NCBI GenBank assembly: GCA_965243025.1
Contig: CBDETY010000003.1
Location: 1,216,001-1,280,000, forward strand
Source of the DNA: Candidatus Latescibacterota bacterium
Lineage (GTDB): Bacteria; Latescibacterota; UBA2968; UBA8231
Direction: 5' to 3'
Length of the DNA: 64,000 nt
The position numbers and the translations under genes were made by a program. Each line of letters opens with the position of its first letter. The first letter of the stretch is position 1. The notes under the pieces were generated by a model. That model was not told where the DNA came from. It made no database searches and saw only the letters and a list, made by a program, of their open reading frames with translations. Positions 11,449-20,785 of the stretch are shown in pieces.

Positions 11449-11545
11449 GGAACCCTCCTCGAGGTTCGGCCGGCGCGGGAAAATAGCCCTCTTGCCGGCC
11501 GGCATTGGGGAAAGATGGCATACCGAACCCCGTCGGCGCCGGCGG

Positions 11546-12619
11546 TCAGGGGGCAGCGTAGCGCCCGACCGCGTCCATGTCGAGGGTCACCCCGAGCCCG
11601 GGGCCGTCGGGAACCTGCACGGAGCCGTCGACGACGGGGAATTCCTCCTGCACGCAGTCGTCCTGCTTGGCCCAGAAACCGACGAAATCGTGCGGTCGCG
11701 ACAGGCTGGGCCCCGCCGCGCAGACATGCAGTCCGAGGGCGTTGTTGACTCCCAGGCCGACGTACTGCGTCCAGCAGGGGAGGCCGAGTTCCTCCGCCAT
11801 GGCCGACAGCCGCACGGTCTCGACGGCCCCCGGCGCCCCGATGATGGCGTAATCAAGGGCCTCGGCCGACCACATGGTCAGCAGCCGGTCCGCCCCTGTG
11901 TGCTCGGCGACCGGAAAGCCGATCCGCTGCCGCAGGCGCCGCCATTCACTGAAGCTGTCGCCGTGAGCGCCGGTGACGATCGGCGACTCCAGGCAGTCGA
12001 GGCGGTGTCCTTCGAGCCGCCTGGCCATCTCTTCGGCCGCCCACACCTCCTCGAGGCGGCGGCGGATGTCGGGGCGCACATCCATCTCCGGCAGCTCGCG
12101 GTGAATGGCCTCGACGCGGTCGACGACGTAGTCGATGCGCTCCTGCAGGTGGGGGGTCCCGACGATGCACTTCATCTTGTAGGTGCGGAAGCCGCGCTCC
12201 CAGCCCCAGACCGCGTCCGCTGCGGTGTTCTGGACGGTCTTGTAGCCGGTACACAGGGTGACCGGAACCCGGTCCCTGACGGCGCCGCCGAGCAGCTCGG
12301 AGACCGGGCATCCCAGCACCTTGCCGCGGATGTCGAGGGCGGCGCACTCGTACGCCTCCGCCGCGAGCGCTCCCTGCGGCAGCCGGGACTGCCTGAGCGG
12401 GTCGAGCCCGATCCACCCCTCGGCCGCGGCAGCGACGGCGGCCCGGTCGACCCCGCGCAGGTCGAGCTCTCCCAGACCCTCCACGCCTTCGTCGCAGCGC
12501 ACGACGACCAGCAGGTTCGCGGTCTGGCGGTGGGCGGGCATGCCGTTCTCCTCGTCCGACCAGGCCCAGGGCCGGTCCGGTACATTCACTTCATGCAGGT
12601 CAACAGCGGCGATCTTCAC
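11546..12619 (-). CDS. Mandelate racemase/muconate lactonizing enzyme family protein
   Basis: EGLGE, ALDIRGK..G.PV..LLGG.VRDR, YKMK, CLESP, VPDGPGLG. Confidence 0.9.
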   Translation of the reverse strand: MKIAAVDLHEVNVPDRPWAWSDEENGMPAHRQTANLLVVVRCDEGVEGLGELDLRGVDRAAVAAAAEGWIGLDPLRQSRLPQGALAAEAYECAALDIRGKVLGCPVSELLGGAVRDRVPVTLCTGYKTVQNTAADAVWGWERGFRTYKMKCIVGTPHLQERIDYVVDRVEAIHRELPEMDVRPDIRRRLEEVWAAEEMARRLEGHRLDCLESPIVTGAHGDSFSEWRRLRQRIGFPVAEHTGADRLLTMWSAEALDYAIIGAPGAVETVRLSAMAEELGLPCWTQYVGLGVNNALGLHVCAAGPSLSRPHDFVGFWAKQDDCVQEEFPVVDGSVQVPDGPGLGVTLDMDAVGRYAAP

Positions 12620-12633
12620 GTTTACTCTCCTCG

Positions 12634-12809
12634 AGATCGGGGCACCAGAGGGAACGGTGAATGCCTGATCCCCAGTCCGGTGGTCCGGAAGGTGACAGCC
12701 CGCGAACGGACGACGCGGAGCCGTCGTGGATGCCCGCCCGCCTCCCCGACCGGGCAGACCGGGTTGGGCCGCCAGGGCCAGGGTACCGGCAGGTCCGGGG
12801 TTTTTTTGC
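12634..12809 (+). ncRNA. Putative structured RNA/leader (3' part nhaA-I-riboswitch-like), ending in a U-tract
   Basis: Successive hairpins (TCCGG-tggt-CCGGA; ACGACG-cggagc-CGTCGT; TGCCCG..CGGGCA), then GGGTTGGGCCGCCAG and T7; family resemblance is from memory only. Confidence 0.4.
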
Positions 12810-12821
12810 CGCCGGACCGGG

Positions 12822-13919
12822 TCATGCCGCGGCCACGGTGAGCCGGCGCAGTTTCCCGTCGTCGAGCTCGACCCCCCAGCCGGGTCCCTCGAAAGGGTAG
12901 AGATGGCTGGCCTCGGCGCGGATGCGCTCCTTCGCCGGCGACTCCATGTACAGGACCGGTCCCATGGGATCGCACGGGAGCGAGAGGTTGGGCAGCGTGA
13001 TCCCCACCGCCACCTGGGCGGCGGTGCCGATCGTCGATTCCTGGTCGGTGCCGATCAGGCAGCGGAACCCCGCCGCCTCGGCGACCGCGGCGATGCGCCG
13101 GATGTAGGTGGGCCCGGAGGAAACGCAGGCGATGTTGAAGGCGGTGCCGGCACCCAGCTCCACTGCTTCTCGCGCCTGTTCCAGCGTGTCGATGTGGAGA
13201 CTGACGGGCAGGTCCCAGCGCCTGGTGAACCCGGCGTTTACCCGCATCGAGCGGCTCGGATGCTCGAAGTGGAAGGGGTCGTGGTGGCGCAGGACCTCGG
13301 CGTAGCGCAGGGCCGTGTCCCAGGCGTCGAAACGCAGCGACATGTCGATCGACTTCAGGCGGATGCGGTCTCCGAAACGGCTTTTCATTTCGGTGAGGAA
13401 GCGGTCGTCGAGCTCGCTGTCGCCGGAGACGTAGTAGCGGAACAGGTGGTGGCCGAGGTCGACGATCCGCTGCAGGAACCCCGCGGACTGCTCGAAATCC
13501 GCGGCGACCTGCGTGCCGAAGATCGGGTAGCAGCAGTACAGCCTGTCGCGCAGCTTGCCCCCCATCAGCTGGAAGGCGGGAACGCTGCGGGCTTTGGCGT
13601 TGAGGTCGTAGAGGGCGATGTCGACGGCCGAGGCGAGGTGGGCGTCGCTGACCGTGCTGCCGAACCGCTGGGCCCGCATCAGCTCGTTTATTTCGGTGAT
13701 GCAGGTGGCGTCCCGTCCTCTGAGCAGCTCGTTGCAGCGCGCGGCGATGGCGGGGACGTCGTCGGCCCTGCTGTCCGAAGCCTCCCCCAGGCCGACCGGC
13801 CCGTCGTCGGTGTGCACCTTGAAGACCACGTGTCCGGAGATCCCTCCGGAGTAACCGGGCAGTGTCTGGTAGTAGCGGGGGGTTTCGATCTGGATGACTT
13901 CGACTTTGCGGATCTTCAC
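12822..13919 (-). CDS. Enolase-superfamily acid-sugar dehydratase, galactarate dehydratase-II-like (R-x-Y subgroup)
   Basis: CYPIF, FRYYV (RxY instead of KxK), KSID, VSLH, FNI, GTDQES.IGTAA, DPMGP.LY; GTG start VKIRK. Confidence 0.8.
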   Translation of the reverse strand: MKIRKVEVIQIETPRYYQTLPGYSGGISGHVVFKVHTDDGPVGLGEASDSRADDVPAIAARCNELLRGRDATCITEINELMRAQRFGSTVSDAHLASAVDIALYDLNAKARSVPAFQLMGGKLRDRLYCCYPIFGTQVAADFEQSAGFLQRIVDLGHHLFRYYVSGDSELDDRFLTEMKSRFGDRIRLKSIDMSLRFDAWDTALRYAEVLRHHDPFHFEHPSRSMRVNAGFTRRWDLPVSLHIDTLEQAREAVELGAGTAFNIACVSSGPTYIRRIAAVAEAAGFRCLIGTDQESTIGTAAQVAVGITLPNLSLPCDPMGPVLYMESPAKERIRAEASHLYPFEGPGWGVELDDGKLRRLTVAAA

Positions 13920-14120
13920 GGCTCTTGCCAAGTGTGCTGTCCCGGGTACGCGCGGCGGCGGTTCCGCCCGAATTGGGCGTTCACGAGTCGAGGTGAGTCG
14001 ACAGGTCAGGCCGCGAACGGAGGTTCATCTGCTGCCGTCCGGGGAGCTTCCGGTCCGGGGAAAGGAAACCGGGAAATCCGAAAGATCGCCGGTATCCCGG
14101 CGGTGTTGGTCCATCGGCAG

Positions 14121-14990
14121 TCAATCCGAAATGAAAGCGGCGTACAGCGCCTCCACCTCGTCGGACGCCGGCTCTTCGGCGAGAACGGCGAAGCCGTAGC
14201 GCAGGCGCAGGGCGCCCCCTTCCCCGACTTCGAGATCTCCCTCCATCAGCAGCCCGGCCCCGAGGAGGTTGGCGCGCGTGAACCAGGTGACCGGGTGCCG
14301 GGGGTTGTCCGGGTGATCCATCATTACCACCGCGCCCCCGGCCGCGCCCGCGGCGCTCACCCAGCGCGCCCGCTGTCCCATGATGCTCTCGTGGCCGGAG
14401 GCTCCCTCGCTGCTGCGGTGGCGGGCTCCGGAAAAAGGGGGTCCCATGCGCAGCTCGAAGCCGCTGTAGTGCGACTTCCGCGACGCCCCCAGTCCGAGCG
14501 GACCGCCCACCGGCTCGATGCAGGTACGGACGTCCCAGTGGTAGGCGGCAGGGCTGCCGGTCCGGTGCACCCGGTACCGGCGGGTTTCGGTCGCCATGAC
14601 CTCGTCGGCGGGATCGAGCCAGCTCAGCTTCTCTTCGACGGCCACCCCGCCGTCCTGCTCTTCGATCTCCGGGAACCGGTCGTGACGCTGCATCCCGTGC
14701 GTGCCCTCGACCAGCTCGTAGCGGTCCTTCTCCGGGAGGTACCAGGGCCCGCCCCAGAGGTTGGCGCCGTTGGCGAAGACCCAGCCGAAGTAGAGGCCGG
14801 TGTGCCAGGGATGGTCGGCCGGCCGGTACTCGGTCACCAGCCCTCCGGCGGGGGTGTATATCGGGGCGAAGCAGGGTTTGGGGGACTCGCTGCGCGGCAG
14901 CTCCTCGCTCGCCCTGTAGAGGGCGGCAAGCCGCTCTCCGTCGAGGATCTCGAACCCGAGTGCGTTCCGCCGGATGTGCAATTTGGTCAT
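14121..14990 (-). CDS. DUF6807 / 'PmoA-family' sugar-locus protein
   Basis: KPCFAPIYTPAG..VT..RPADHPWHTGLYFGW, YSGF.LR, MDHPDNP.HP..W, LRLRYG. Confidence 0.75.
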   Translation of the reverse strand: MTKLHIRRNALGFEILDGERLAALYRASEELPRSESPKPCFAPIYTPAGGLVTEYRPADHPWHTGLYFGWVFANGANLWGGPWYLPEKDRYELVEGTHGMQRHDRFPEIEEQDGGVAVEEKLSWLDPADEVMATETRRYRVHRTGSPAAYHWDVRTCIEPVGGPLGLGASRKSHYSGFELRMGPPFSGARHRSSEGASGHESIMGQRARWVSAAGAAGGAVVMMDHPDNPRHPVTWFTRANLLGAGLLMEGDLEVGEGGALRLRYGFAVLAEEPASDEVEALYAAFISD

Positions 14991-15164
14991 CGGGTGATTT
15001 GCGCCGATTGTTGGGCAGTTTGCCCCATGCCCGGCCTGGTCCGTCAACCTTGCAGTCAGTGTCGGAACGCCAGGGCCGGCGGGCCTCGCCGCAGTGGAGC
15101 CGCCGCTTGCCCGCCGCGGGCGGAGAAGGAACGGCCAAACCAGTTGTCGCAGCAAGGAAGGGGT

Positions 15165-16769
15165 GTGAAAGTGACAGAGCGAAGAAGAAGGTTCGGGACG
15201 GTTGCCGGCCCCCATCCCAGGACCGCCCGCGCCGGAATGGCCATGCTTCGGGCCGGGGGAAACGCCGTCGACGCCGCGGTGGCGGCAGCCTTCACCGAGG
15301 GGGTGGTCGAGCCGCTGCACAACGGCATCGCCGGGTACGGCGGCTGCATGGTCCTTTACCTCGCCGAACGCCGGCGGGTCGTCGCCGTCGACTGCAACTC
15401 CACCGCCCCGGCAGCCGCCTCGGAGGGGATGTTCACCATCGAGAAAGCGCCGCCGCCCGCCGGGTACCGGGTTCCGGGAAGGGCCAACATTTTCGGTCCC
15501 CTCGCAGTCGGGGTTCCAGGTGTCGTGGCCGGGCTCTGCCTGGCCCTGCGCCGCTACGGCACCATGCCGCTTGCCCAGGTGGTGAAACCGGCGGTCAGCG
15601 CCGCCCGCTTCGGGTACGTTCCGGGGCGCCGGAACCGCCTCGGGCTGGTGGAGAACGCCGCGGTCTGGCGGCGCGATTTCCCGGAGACCGCGCGCCTCCT
15701 GCTCAAGGACGGGCGCCCTCCCCGCCGCGGGGAGCGGGTCACAAACCCCGAGCTGGCCCGCACCCTCGAGGAGCTGGCCGAAGGAGGCCCGTCGCTATTC
15801 TACGGCGGCCCCCTGGCGAAGAAGATCGCCTCCCGTGTCGAGGAGCTCGGCGGCTGCCTCACCGCCGGGGACATGCGCAGGTACCGGGCCCGGGTAGTCG
15901 AGCCGTACGCAGCGTCCTACCGGGACTGCCGGCTGTTCACCCCGCCCCTGGGGGCTGGAGGGCTGACGACGCTGCAGGTGCTGCGGCTGCTGGAGGCCTG
16001 CGAACCGGGGGAGATGACCGCAGCGGAACGGCTCCATCACCTCGCCGAGGCGATGAAGAGCTGCTGGCCGGAACGACTCCGGCGCTACGGGGACCCGGAA
16101 TTCGTCGATATCGAGGCCGGGGCCGAGCTCTCCGACGAGCTGGTCGGCCGCCTCAAGCGCCGCATGAAGCGGGGTCTCCGGTCCCCGGGACCGGGGCGTC
16201 TCGTTGCCCCGGAGCCGATAAGCTGCACCAGCCACATCTCGGCCGCCGACGTCGCCGGCAATCTCGTGAGCCTTACCCAGACCCACGGCGGACCGTTCGG
16301 TTCGATGGTCGCCGTTCCCGGGACCGGACTGCTGCTGGGGCACGGGGTCGCCCGTTTCGACCCCCGGCCCGGACTGCCGAACTCGATCGCGCCCGGCAAA
16401 CAGCCGCTGCACAACATGGCCCCGTTCCTGGCCCTGCGGGACGGGCGCCCCTTCGCCGCATTCGGTCTGCCGGGAGGGCGCACCATCCCCAACAACCAGG
16501 TGACCCTTGCGGTCGGGCTGATCGACCGCGGGCTCGACCCGCGGCAGGCGCTCGACGCGGCGCGCCTGCACACCGAGGGGGCGGAGCCGCTGGAGGTCGA
16601 GCGCAGGGCGGGGAAGCGGGTGCTCGAAGGCCTGCGCAAGCTCGGGCACCGCGTTGAACCCGTGACCGGAATCGGCGGCCCCGGCCACGTGGTGACGGTT
16701 GCCGGCGATCCGGCCCTTCAGGCTGGAGCCACCGACCCCCGGTTCGACGGGCTGGCGGTCTCGGCCTGA
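15165..16769 (+). CDS. ggt: Gamma-glutamyltransferase family protein
   Basis: LRAGGNAVDAAVAAAF..GVVEP...GIAG, VGVPG, nucleophile Thr in CTSHISAAD.AGN, PGKQPLHNM, GLPGGRTI, DPR. Confidence 0.9.
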   Translation: MKVTERRRRFGTVAGPHPRTARAGMAMLRAGGNAVDAAVAAAFTEGVVEPLHNGIAGYGGCMVLYLAERRRVVAVDCNSTAPAAASEGMFTIEKAPPPAGYRVPGRANIFGPLAVGVPGVVAGLCLALRRYGTMPLAQVVKPAVSAARFGYVPGRRNRLGLVENAAVWRRDFPETARLLLKDGRPPRRGERVTNPELARTLEELAEGGPSLFYGGPLAKKIASRVEELGGCLTAGDMRRYRARVVEPYAASYRDCRLFTPPLGAGGLTTLQVLRLLEACEPGEMTAAERLHHLAEAMKSCWPERLRRYGDPEFVDIEAGAELSDELVGRLKRRMKRGLRSPGPGRLVAPEPISCTSHISAADVAGNLVSLTQTHGGPFGSMVAVPGTGLLLGHGVARFDPRPGLPNSIAPGKQPLHNMAPFLALRDGRPFAAFGLPGGRTIPNNQVTLAVGLIDRGLDPRQALDAARLHTEGAEPLEVERRAGKRVLEGLRKLGHRVEPVTGIGGPGHVVTVAGDPALQAGATDPRFDGLAVSA

Positions 16770-16809
16770 GTGGCACCGGGTGGGCCGGGCAGAGAAACTC
16801 TTCGGTGCC

Positions 16810-16976
16810 CTGGCGTCCCGGGAATCCCTTGCCCTTCCCGGCGTCGGTCCATCCCGTCTCGCGGCGTTGCCTTCACTCGAGGAACACCCCGGGTACGACT
16901 CGCTCAGGCGCCTTGCGAGAGCCGGGCGCCCCGGCGCCCGGGATTTCTTCAAGTTGTCCGCGGGACGCGACACCAG
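16810..16976. repeat. Palindromic intergenic element (REP/MITE-like) between convergent ggt genes
   Basis: GCGTCCCG (16813) / CGGGACGC (16961) outer IR; TCTCGC..GCGAGA enclosing GCGGCGTTGC...GTAC...GCGCCTTG core; CGGGCGCC-cc-GGCGCCCG hairpin. Confidence 0.4.
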
Positions 16977-17014
16977 CGAGTGCAGTCGCGTGGAGGGAGC
17001 GGTAAACGGACGGG

Positions 17015-18652
17015 TCAGTAAACGACGGCGTACCCGTCCCGGCGGGGGTCGGATCCGGCGGCGAGGGCACCGGTTTCGTGGTCGATGCGGATGAACTGGG
17101 CATTTCCGGGGCCCTCCCAGTCCCCCAGGATCTCCAGCCGGTGGCCGCGCTTCTCCAGGCCTTCCCGGGTCGAGGCGGCAAAGCGGTTCTCCAGCTGCAG
17201 CAAGTCCTCGCAGGTGTGCGGCACCGTCGACTCCATGGGGTTCTGCAGGCTGCGCCAGCGCGGCGCCTCGACCGCCTCCTGGGGGGTCATGCCGAAGTGG
17301 ATGGCGTGGGTCAGCAGCTGCAGGTTGGTCTGCACCTGGGTGTCGGCCCCGGGCGTGCCGCAGACGATGGCCGCTTCGCCCTTCCGGGCGGCGATGACGG
17401 GGTTCATTGTGTGCCGCACCCGCTTGCCCGGCGCCAGGCAGTTGGCGTGCCCTTCCTCGAGGTGCCAGTAGGTCATGCGGTTGTTGAGCAGCACCCCCGT
17501 GTTCCCCGCTACCAGGCTGGAGCCGAAGCCCGACTGCAGGCTCTGCAGCACGCAGACGGCGTTGCCGGCCCCGTCGGCGACGCAGAAACAGGTGGTGTCC
17601 TCCCCCCGTTCCGGCGAGCCGGGCCCGACATCGGGGTTGACGCGCTCCAGGTCGATCCGGCGGGCGCGCTCGCGGGCGTACTGCTTGTCGAGAAGGCCGG
17701 CCAGCGGCACGTCGACCCAGTCCGGGTCGGCCATGAACTCCTCGCGGTCGGCGAAGGCGAGCCGCTTGGCCTCTACCATGACGTGGACGCTTTCCGGCGT
17801 CAGGCAGCCCATCCCCGCCAGGTCGAACTGCTCGACGAGGTTGAGCTCCTGCAGCAGCACGTGGCCGCTGGAGTTCGGCGGCATTTCCCAGACGCGGTAC
17901 CCGTGGTAGTCGACGTGGATCGGCTCCTCCCAGCGCGCCTGGAACGCCCCCAGGTCGGCGGCCGTGATCAGGCCGTCCTGCTCGCTGCTGAAGGAGGCGA
18001 TCTCCTGCGCCACGGACCCTTCGTAGAAAGCGGAGCGGCCCTCGCCGGCGATGCGGCGCAGGGTGGTCCCGAGGTCTTTCTGGACGAGAAGCTCCCCGGC
18101 CTCCAGCGGCCTTCCCCGGGGCTCGAAGAGCGCCCGGGTGATCGGGTCGGCGGAAAACAGTTCGTGCTCTCCGGCGAGCATGGCGGCGAGCTTCTCACCG
18201 ACCGGGAACCCGCGCTCGCACAAGTCGATCGCCGGGGCGAGAACCTCGGCGAGACTGAGCCTTCCGAAACGCTCGTGCGCCTTGAGCCAGCCGTCGACCA
18301 GGCCGGGAACCGAAACGCTGAGGATCCCCTTCATCGGTATGCCGCCGCGCTCGAGGTAGAGCTCGCGGGTGGCGCCCCCCGGTGCCGGACCGGTGGCGTT
18401 GAGGCCGTACGCCTGCCGCGTGGCGGCGTCGTGGATCAGGATGAACCCGTCTCCTCCCACCCCGGACATCGGCAGCTCCACCACCCCGAGTGCCGCCGCC
18501 GTGGCGATCGCCGCGTCTACGGCGCTGCCCCCTGCCTGCATCGTGCGGATGCCGGCCTGCGAGGCGAGAGGGTCCCCCGAGGCGACGGCGCCGTTGCGGC
18601 CGCGCACCGAGGGGCGGTACGAATGATGGGTTGCCCCGTGAGGAGAGGACAC
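17015..18652 (-). CDS. ggt: Gamma-glutamyltransferase family protein (YwrD-like)
   Basis: GGSAVDAAIA, SGVGGDGF, MPPNSSG, DTTCFCVADGAGN, PGKRVRHTMNP, GTPGADTQ.Q, SDPRRDG. Confidence 0.92.
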   Translation of the reverse strand: MSSPHGATHHSYRPSVRGRNGAVASGDPLASQAGIRTMQAGGSAVDAAIATAAALGVVELPMSGVGGDGFILIHDAATRQAYGLNATGPAPGGATRELYLERGGIPMKGILSVSVPGLVDGWLKAHERFGRLSLAEVLAPAIDLCERGFPVGEKLAAMLAGEHELFSADPITRALFEPRGRPLEAGELLVQKDLGTTLRRIAGEGRSAFYEGSVAQEIASFSSEQDGLITAADLGAFQARWEEPIHVDYHGYRVWEMPPNSSGHVLLQELNLVEQFDLAGMGCLTPESVHVMVEAKRLAFADREEFMADPDWVDVPLAGLLDKQYARERARRIDLERVNPDVGPGSPERGEDTTCFCVADGAGNAVCVLQSLQSGFGSSLVAGNTGVLLNNRMTYWHLEEGHANCLAPGKRVRHTMNPVIAARKGEAAIVCGTPGADTQVQTNLQLLTHAIHFGMTPQEAVEAPRWRSLQNPMESTVPHTCEDLLQLENRFAASTREGLEKRGHRLEILGDWEGPGNAQFIRIDHETGALAAGSDPRRDGYAVVY

Positions 18653-18668
18653 CGGCCTGCCGGGGAGC

Positions 18669-19700
18669 TCAGCCGCAGGCGGCGAGGAGCGGCTGCATGA
18701 CGACGCGGTCGAAGTTGTCGCCCATCACCTCGATGCCGTCGCCGTTCGGGTGGCACTCGTCCTCGGCGTACCTGGCAATCAGATCGAGGCCGAAGACATC
18801 GAGGCCGTCGAAACAGTAGAGGTTGCCGTCCCCCATCGCCGCGAGCCTGTCCCCGGCGTCGGCTATCGCCTCCCTCATGTCGGAGATCGAGTACCCGACC
18901 GCGTTGGGACGGGTCTCGTGCGGGGGATAGCCGATCGGCGAAACCAGGCCGATCGGGATGTCGGGGTGACCTGCGCGAATGATGCCGACCAGGCCGATCA
19001 CCGCGGCCGGGAAAGTGCGGGCGTTGAACGAGCCGCCCGGCATGCAGTTGATCCCCAGCTTCAGGGTGATCAGGTCCGCGGGCTGTCCGGCGATGGCCAT
19101 GCCGACCTGGGGGTCGAGGTGGCACTGGCCGGCGAACCCGAGACTTGCCAGGTGCAGGCCGTTCCGCCTGGCGACGATGGCCGGCCAGATGCGCGCCGGG
19201 CTGTGGGCGCGGGTGCAGTGGGTCAGCGAGCTGCCGTAGGTGATCCACCTTCGGCGTCCGTCGGCCGCGGCAGAGCAGGGTGCTCCGTCGTCGCTGGCGA
19301 GGCCGCGGAGGCTGACCGGGATCTCCTGGGGCAGCCAGACCTCGACGACCTTGTCCACTTCCGGCAGCCCGGACAGCAGAACCTCCCCGGCGCCGGGCAG
19401 GGCCCTGGCGGTGGCTACCAGCTCCCCGTCGACGGTGGCGTCGAAGCAGAAATGTCCGCGCCCGGCCGCGGGAGGGCCTTCGCCCAGGGGCAGGAAGCGG
19501 AGCCCGAGGGCGGTCGAGGCGGTGGCGAAGCGCAGGCGCACGCCGCTGGCGTTTTCCGCCCTGGCCATCAGGGCGTCGTCGGGTGAGGGAAAGAGCGCCC
19601 TGCGGTCGTGGGGGAGCCGCCAGGGCTTGATCCAGCCGTTCCCGCGTTCGAGCGACAGGTGGCCCTGGAAGAACTCAGGTTGCAGCGGATTGTCCCGCAT
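18669..19700 (-). CDS. SGNH/GDSL hydrolase with N-terminal domain
   Basis: YGSSLTH, LGFAGQC.LD, KLGIN, DECHPNGDG. Confidence 0.85.
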   Translation of the reverse strand: MRDNPLQPEFFQGHLSLERGNGWIKPWRLPHDRRALFPSPDDALMARAENASGVRLRFATASTALGLRFLPLGEGPPAAGRGHFCFDATVDGELVATARALPGAGEVLLSGLPEVDKVVEVWLPQEIPVSLRGLASDDGAPCSAAADGRRRWITYGSSLTHCTRAHSPARIWPAIVARRNGLHLASLGFAGQCHLDPQVGMAIAGQPADLITLKLGINCMPGGSFNARTFPAAVIGLVGIIRAGHPDIPIGLVSPIGYPPHETRPNAVGYSISDMREAIADAGDRLAAMGDGNLYCFDGLDVFGLDLIARYAEDECHPNGDGIEVMGDNFDRVVMQPLLAACG

Positions 19701-19711
19701 CGATCGGCGTT

Positions 19712-20551
19712 TCACCCCTGCAGCCCGAGCAGCCGAGCCATGTTGTCCCCGAGGATCAGGTCCATGTCCCGGTCGCGAATGAAGGAGCAGTGGGTGCGCA
19801 CCGCCTCCAGGGACTGCCGGTAGGTCATGAAGGGCAGCACCACCGGGTAGTCCGAGGCCCAGCACAGCCGCTCCGGTCCGAAGTGGGCGTAAAGGGTGCG
19901 CACGATGGAAATGGCGTCGGGGTAGGGGTAGTCCCACCCGACCTGGGAGACGTAGTGGAACCCGGACAGCTTGAGGTAGATGTTGGGCACCTCGGCCGAC
20001 TCGAGCAGCTCGAGCATCGAGGGGTACGGAGGCCCTTCGGCGGCGCGGCAGCCGGCCATGTGGTGGCAGAGGAAGACGAGGCCGGGAAAACGCCGCGCCA
20101 CCCTGCGCAGCGGTTCCTGCCAGGCGGTGCCGAGGGCGAAGCTGACGATCAGCTCGAGCTCGGCGGCCTTTTCGAGAAACGCCGTTCCCTCCGCGGTTTC
20201 GAAGTAGCCGTAGTCGTCCTTGAGGTACTGGGTGAACCCCTTGAGGCGGTACTTCTCCGCGGCTTCGGCGAGACGCGCCGCGGCTCCCGGCTGGTGGTAG
20301 GTCGGCCACCAGGAGCAGTCGACGTCGGCGAAGTTGACGAAGCGGTCCGGGTGGTCGAGGGCGCACTCGAGGCCGTACTCGTTGTTTTCGGGGTTGTGGT
20401 CGATGCGGGCGTTGACGAGCACCGCCCTGTCGACGCCGACCCGGTCCATTTCCCACAGCAGCTGCCCGGCGCGGCCCCGGCTCTCGGGGTCGGGCACTTC
20501 GGGCTGGTAGGGCCAGTACGTCCAGGCGTGGGTGTGGCAGTCGATGATCAT
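19712..20551 (-). CDS. Amidohydrolase family protein (Amidohydro_2)
   Basis: IIDCHTH, LCHHM, YLKLSG, FGPERLCWASDYP. Confidence 0.9.
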   Translation of the reverse strand: MIIDCHTHAWTYWPYQPEVPDPESRGRAGQLLWEMDRVGVDRAVLVNARIDHNPENNEYGLECALDHPDRFVNFADVDCSWWPTYHQPGAAARLAEAAEKYRLKGFTQYLKDDYGYFETAEGTAFLEKAAELELIVSFALGTAWQEPLRRVARRFPGLVFLCHHMAGCRAAEGPPYPSMLELLESAEVPNIYLKLSGFHYVSQVGWDYPYPDAISIVRTLYAHFGPERLCWASDYPVVLPFMTYRQSLEAVRTHCSFIRDRDMDLILGDNMARLLGLQG

Positions 20552-20785
20552 GCTTCCCTTTCCGCAGGTCCGGGCACCCGGCGCGGGAGCCGGGGAACTC
20601 CGCGGTCAGCGCCTTGAGTTGCAATCAATCTGGTTTCGCCGCGGTGTCGCGCGGGGGTACGGTTCGCAGGCAGGGTGGAAACGGCTGCCGGCCCCCGTCT
20701 CCTGATGGCGACTCCTGCTGCGGGGCGCCTATTATAGGGCGGCCCCTCCGTCCCCGACAGAACCCGAGACAGGACCGGTGAGCTC

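Noticed and set aside
12670-12706. SRP RNA or FMN riboswitch (GGTCCGGAAGG..CAGC, AGCCCGCGA)
   Set aside because: Lacks the SRP CAGG/AGCAG symmetric loop and the remaining FMN conserved blocks in order.
14121-14990. Particulate methane monooxygenase
   Set aside because: Soluble DUF6807-type protein with a misleading family name; no TM helices and no pmoB/pmoC.
12726-16769. 1347-aa ORF
   Set aside because: Only 15165 onward is GGT; the rest is the antisense shadow of minus-strand genes in high-GC DNA.
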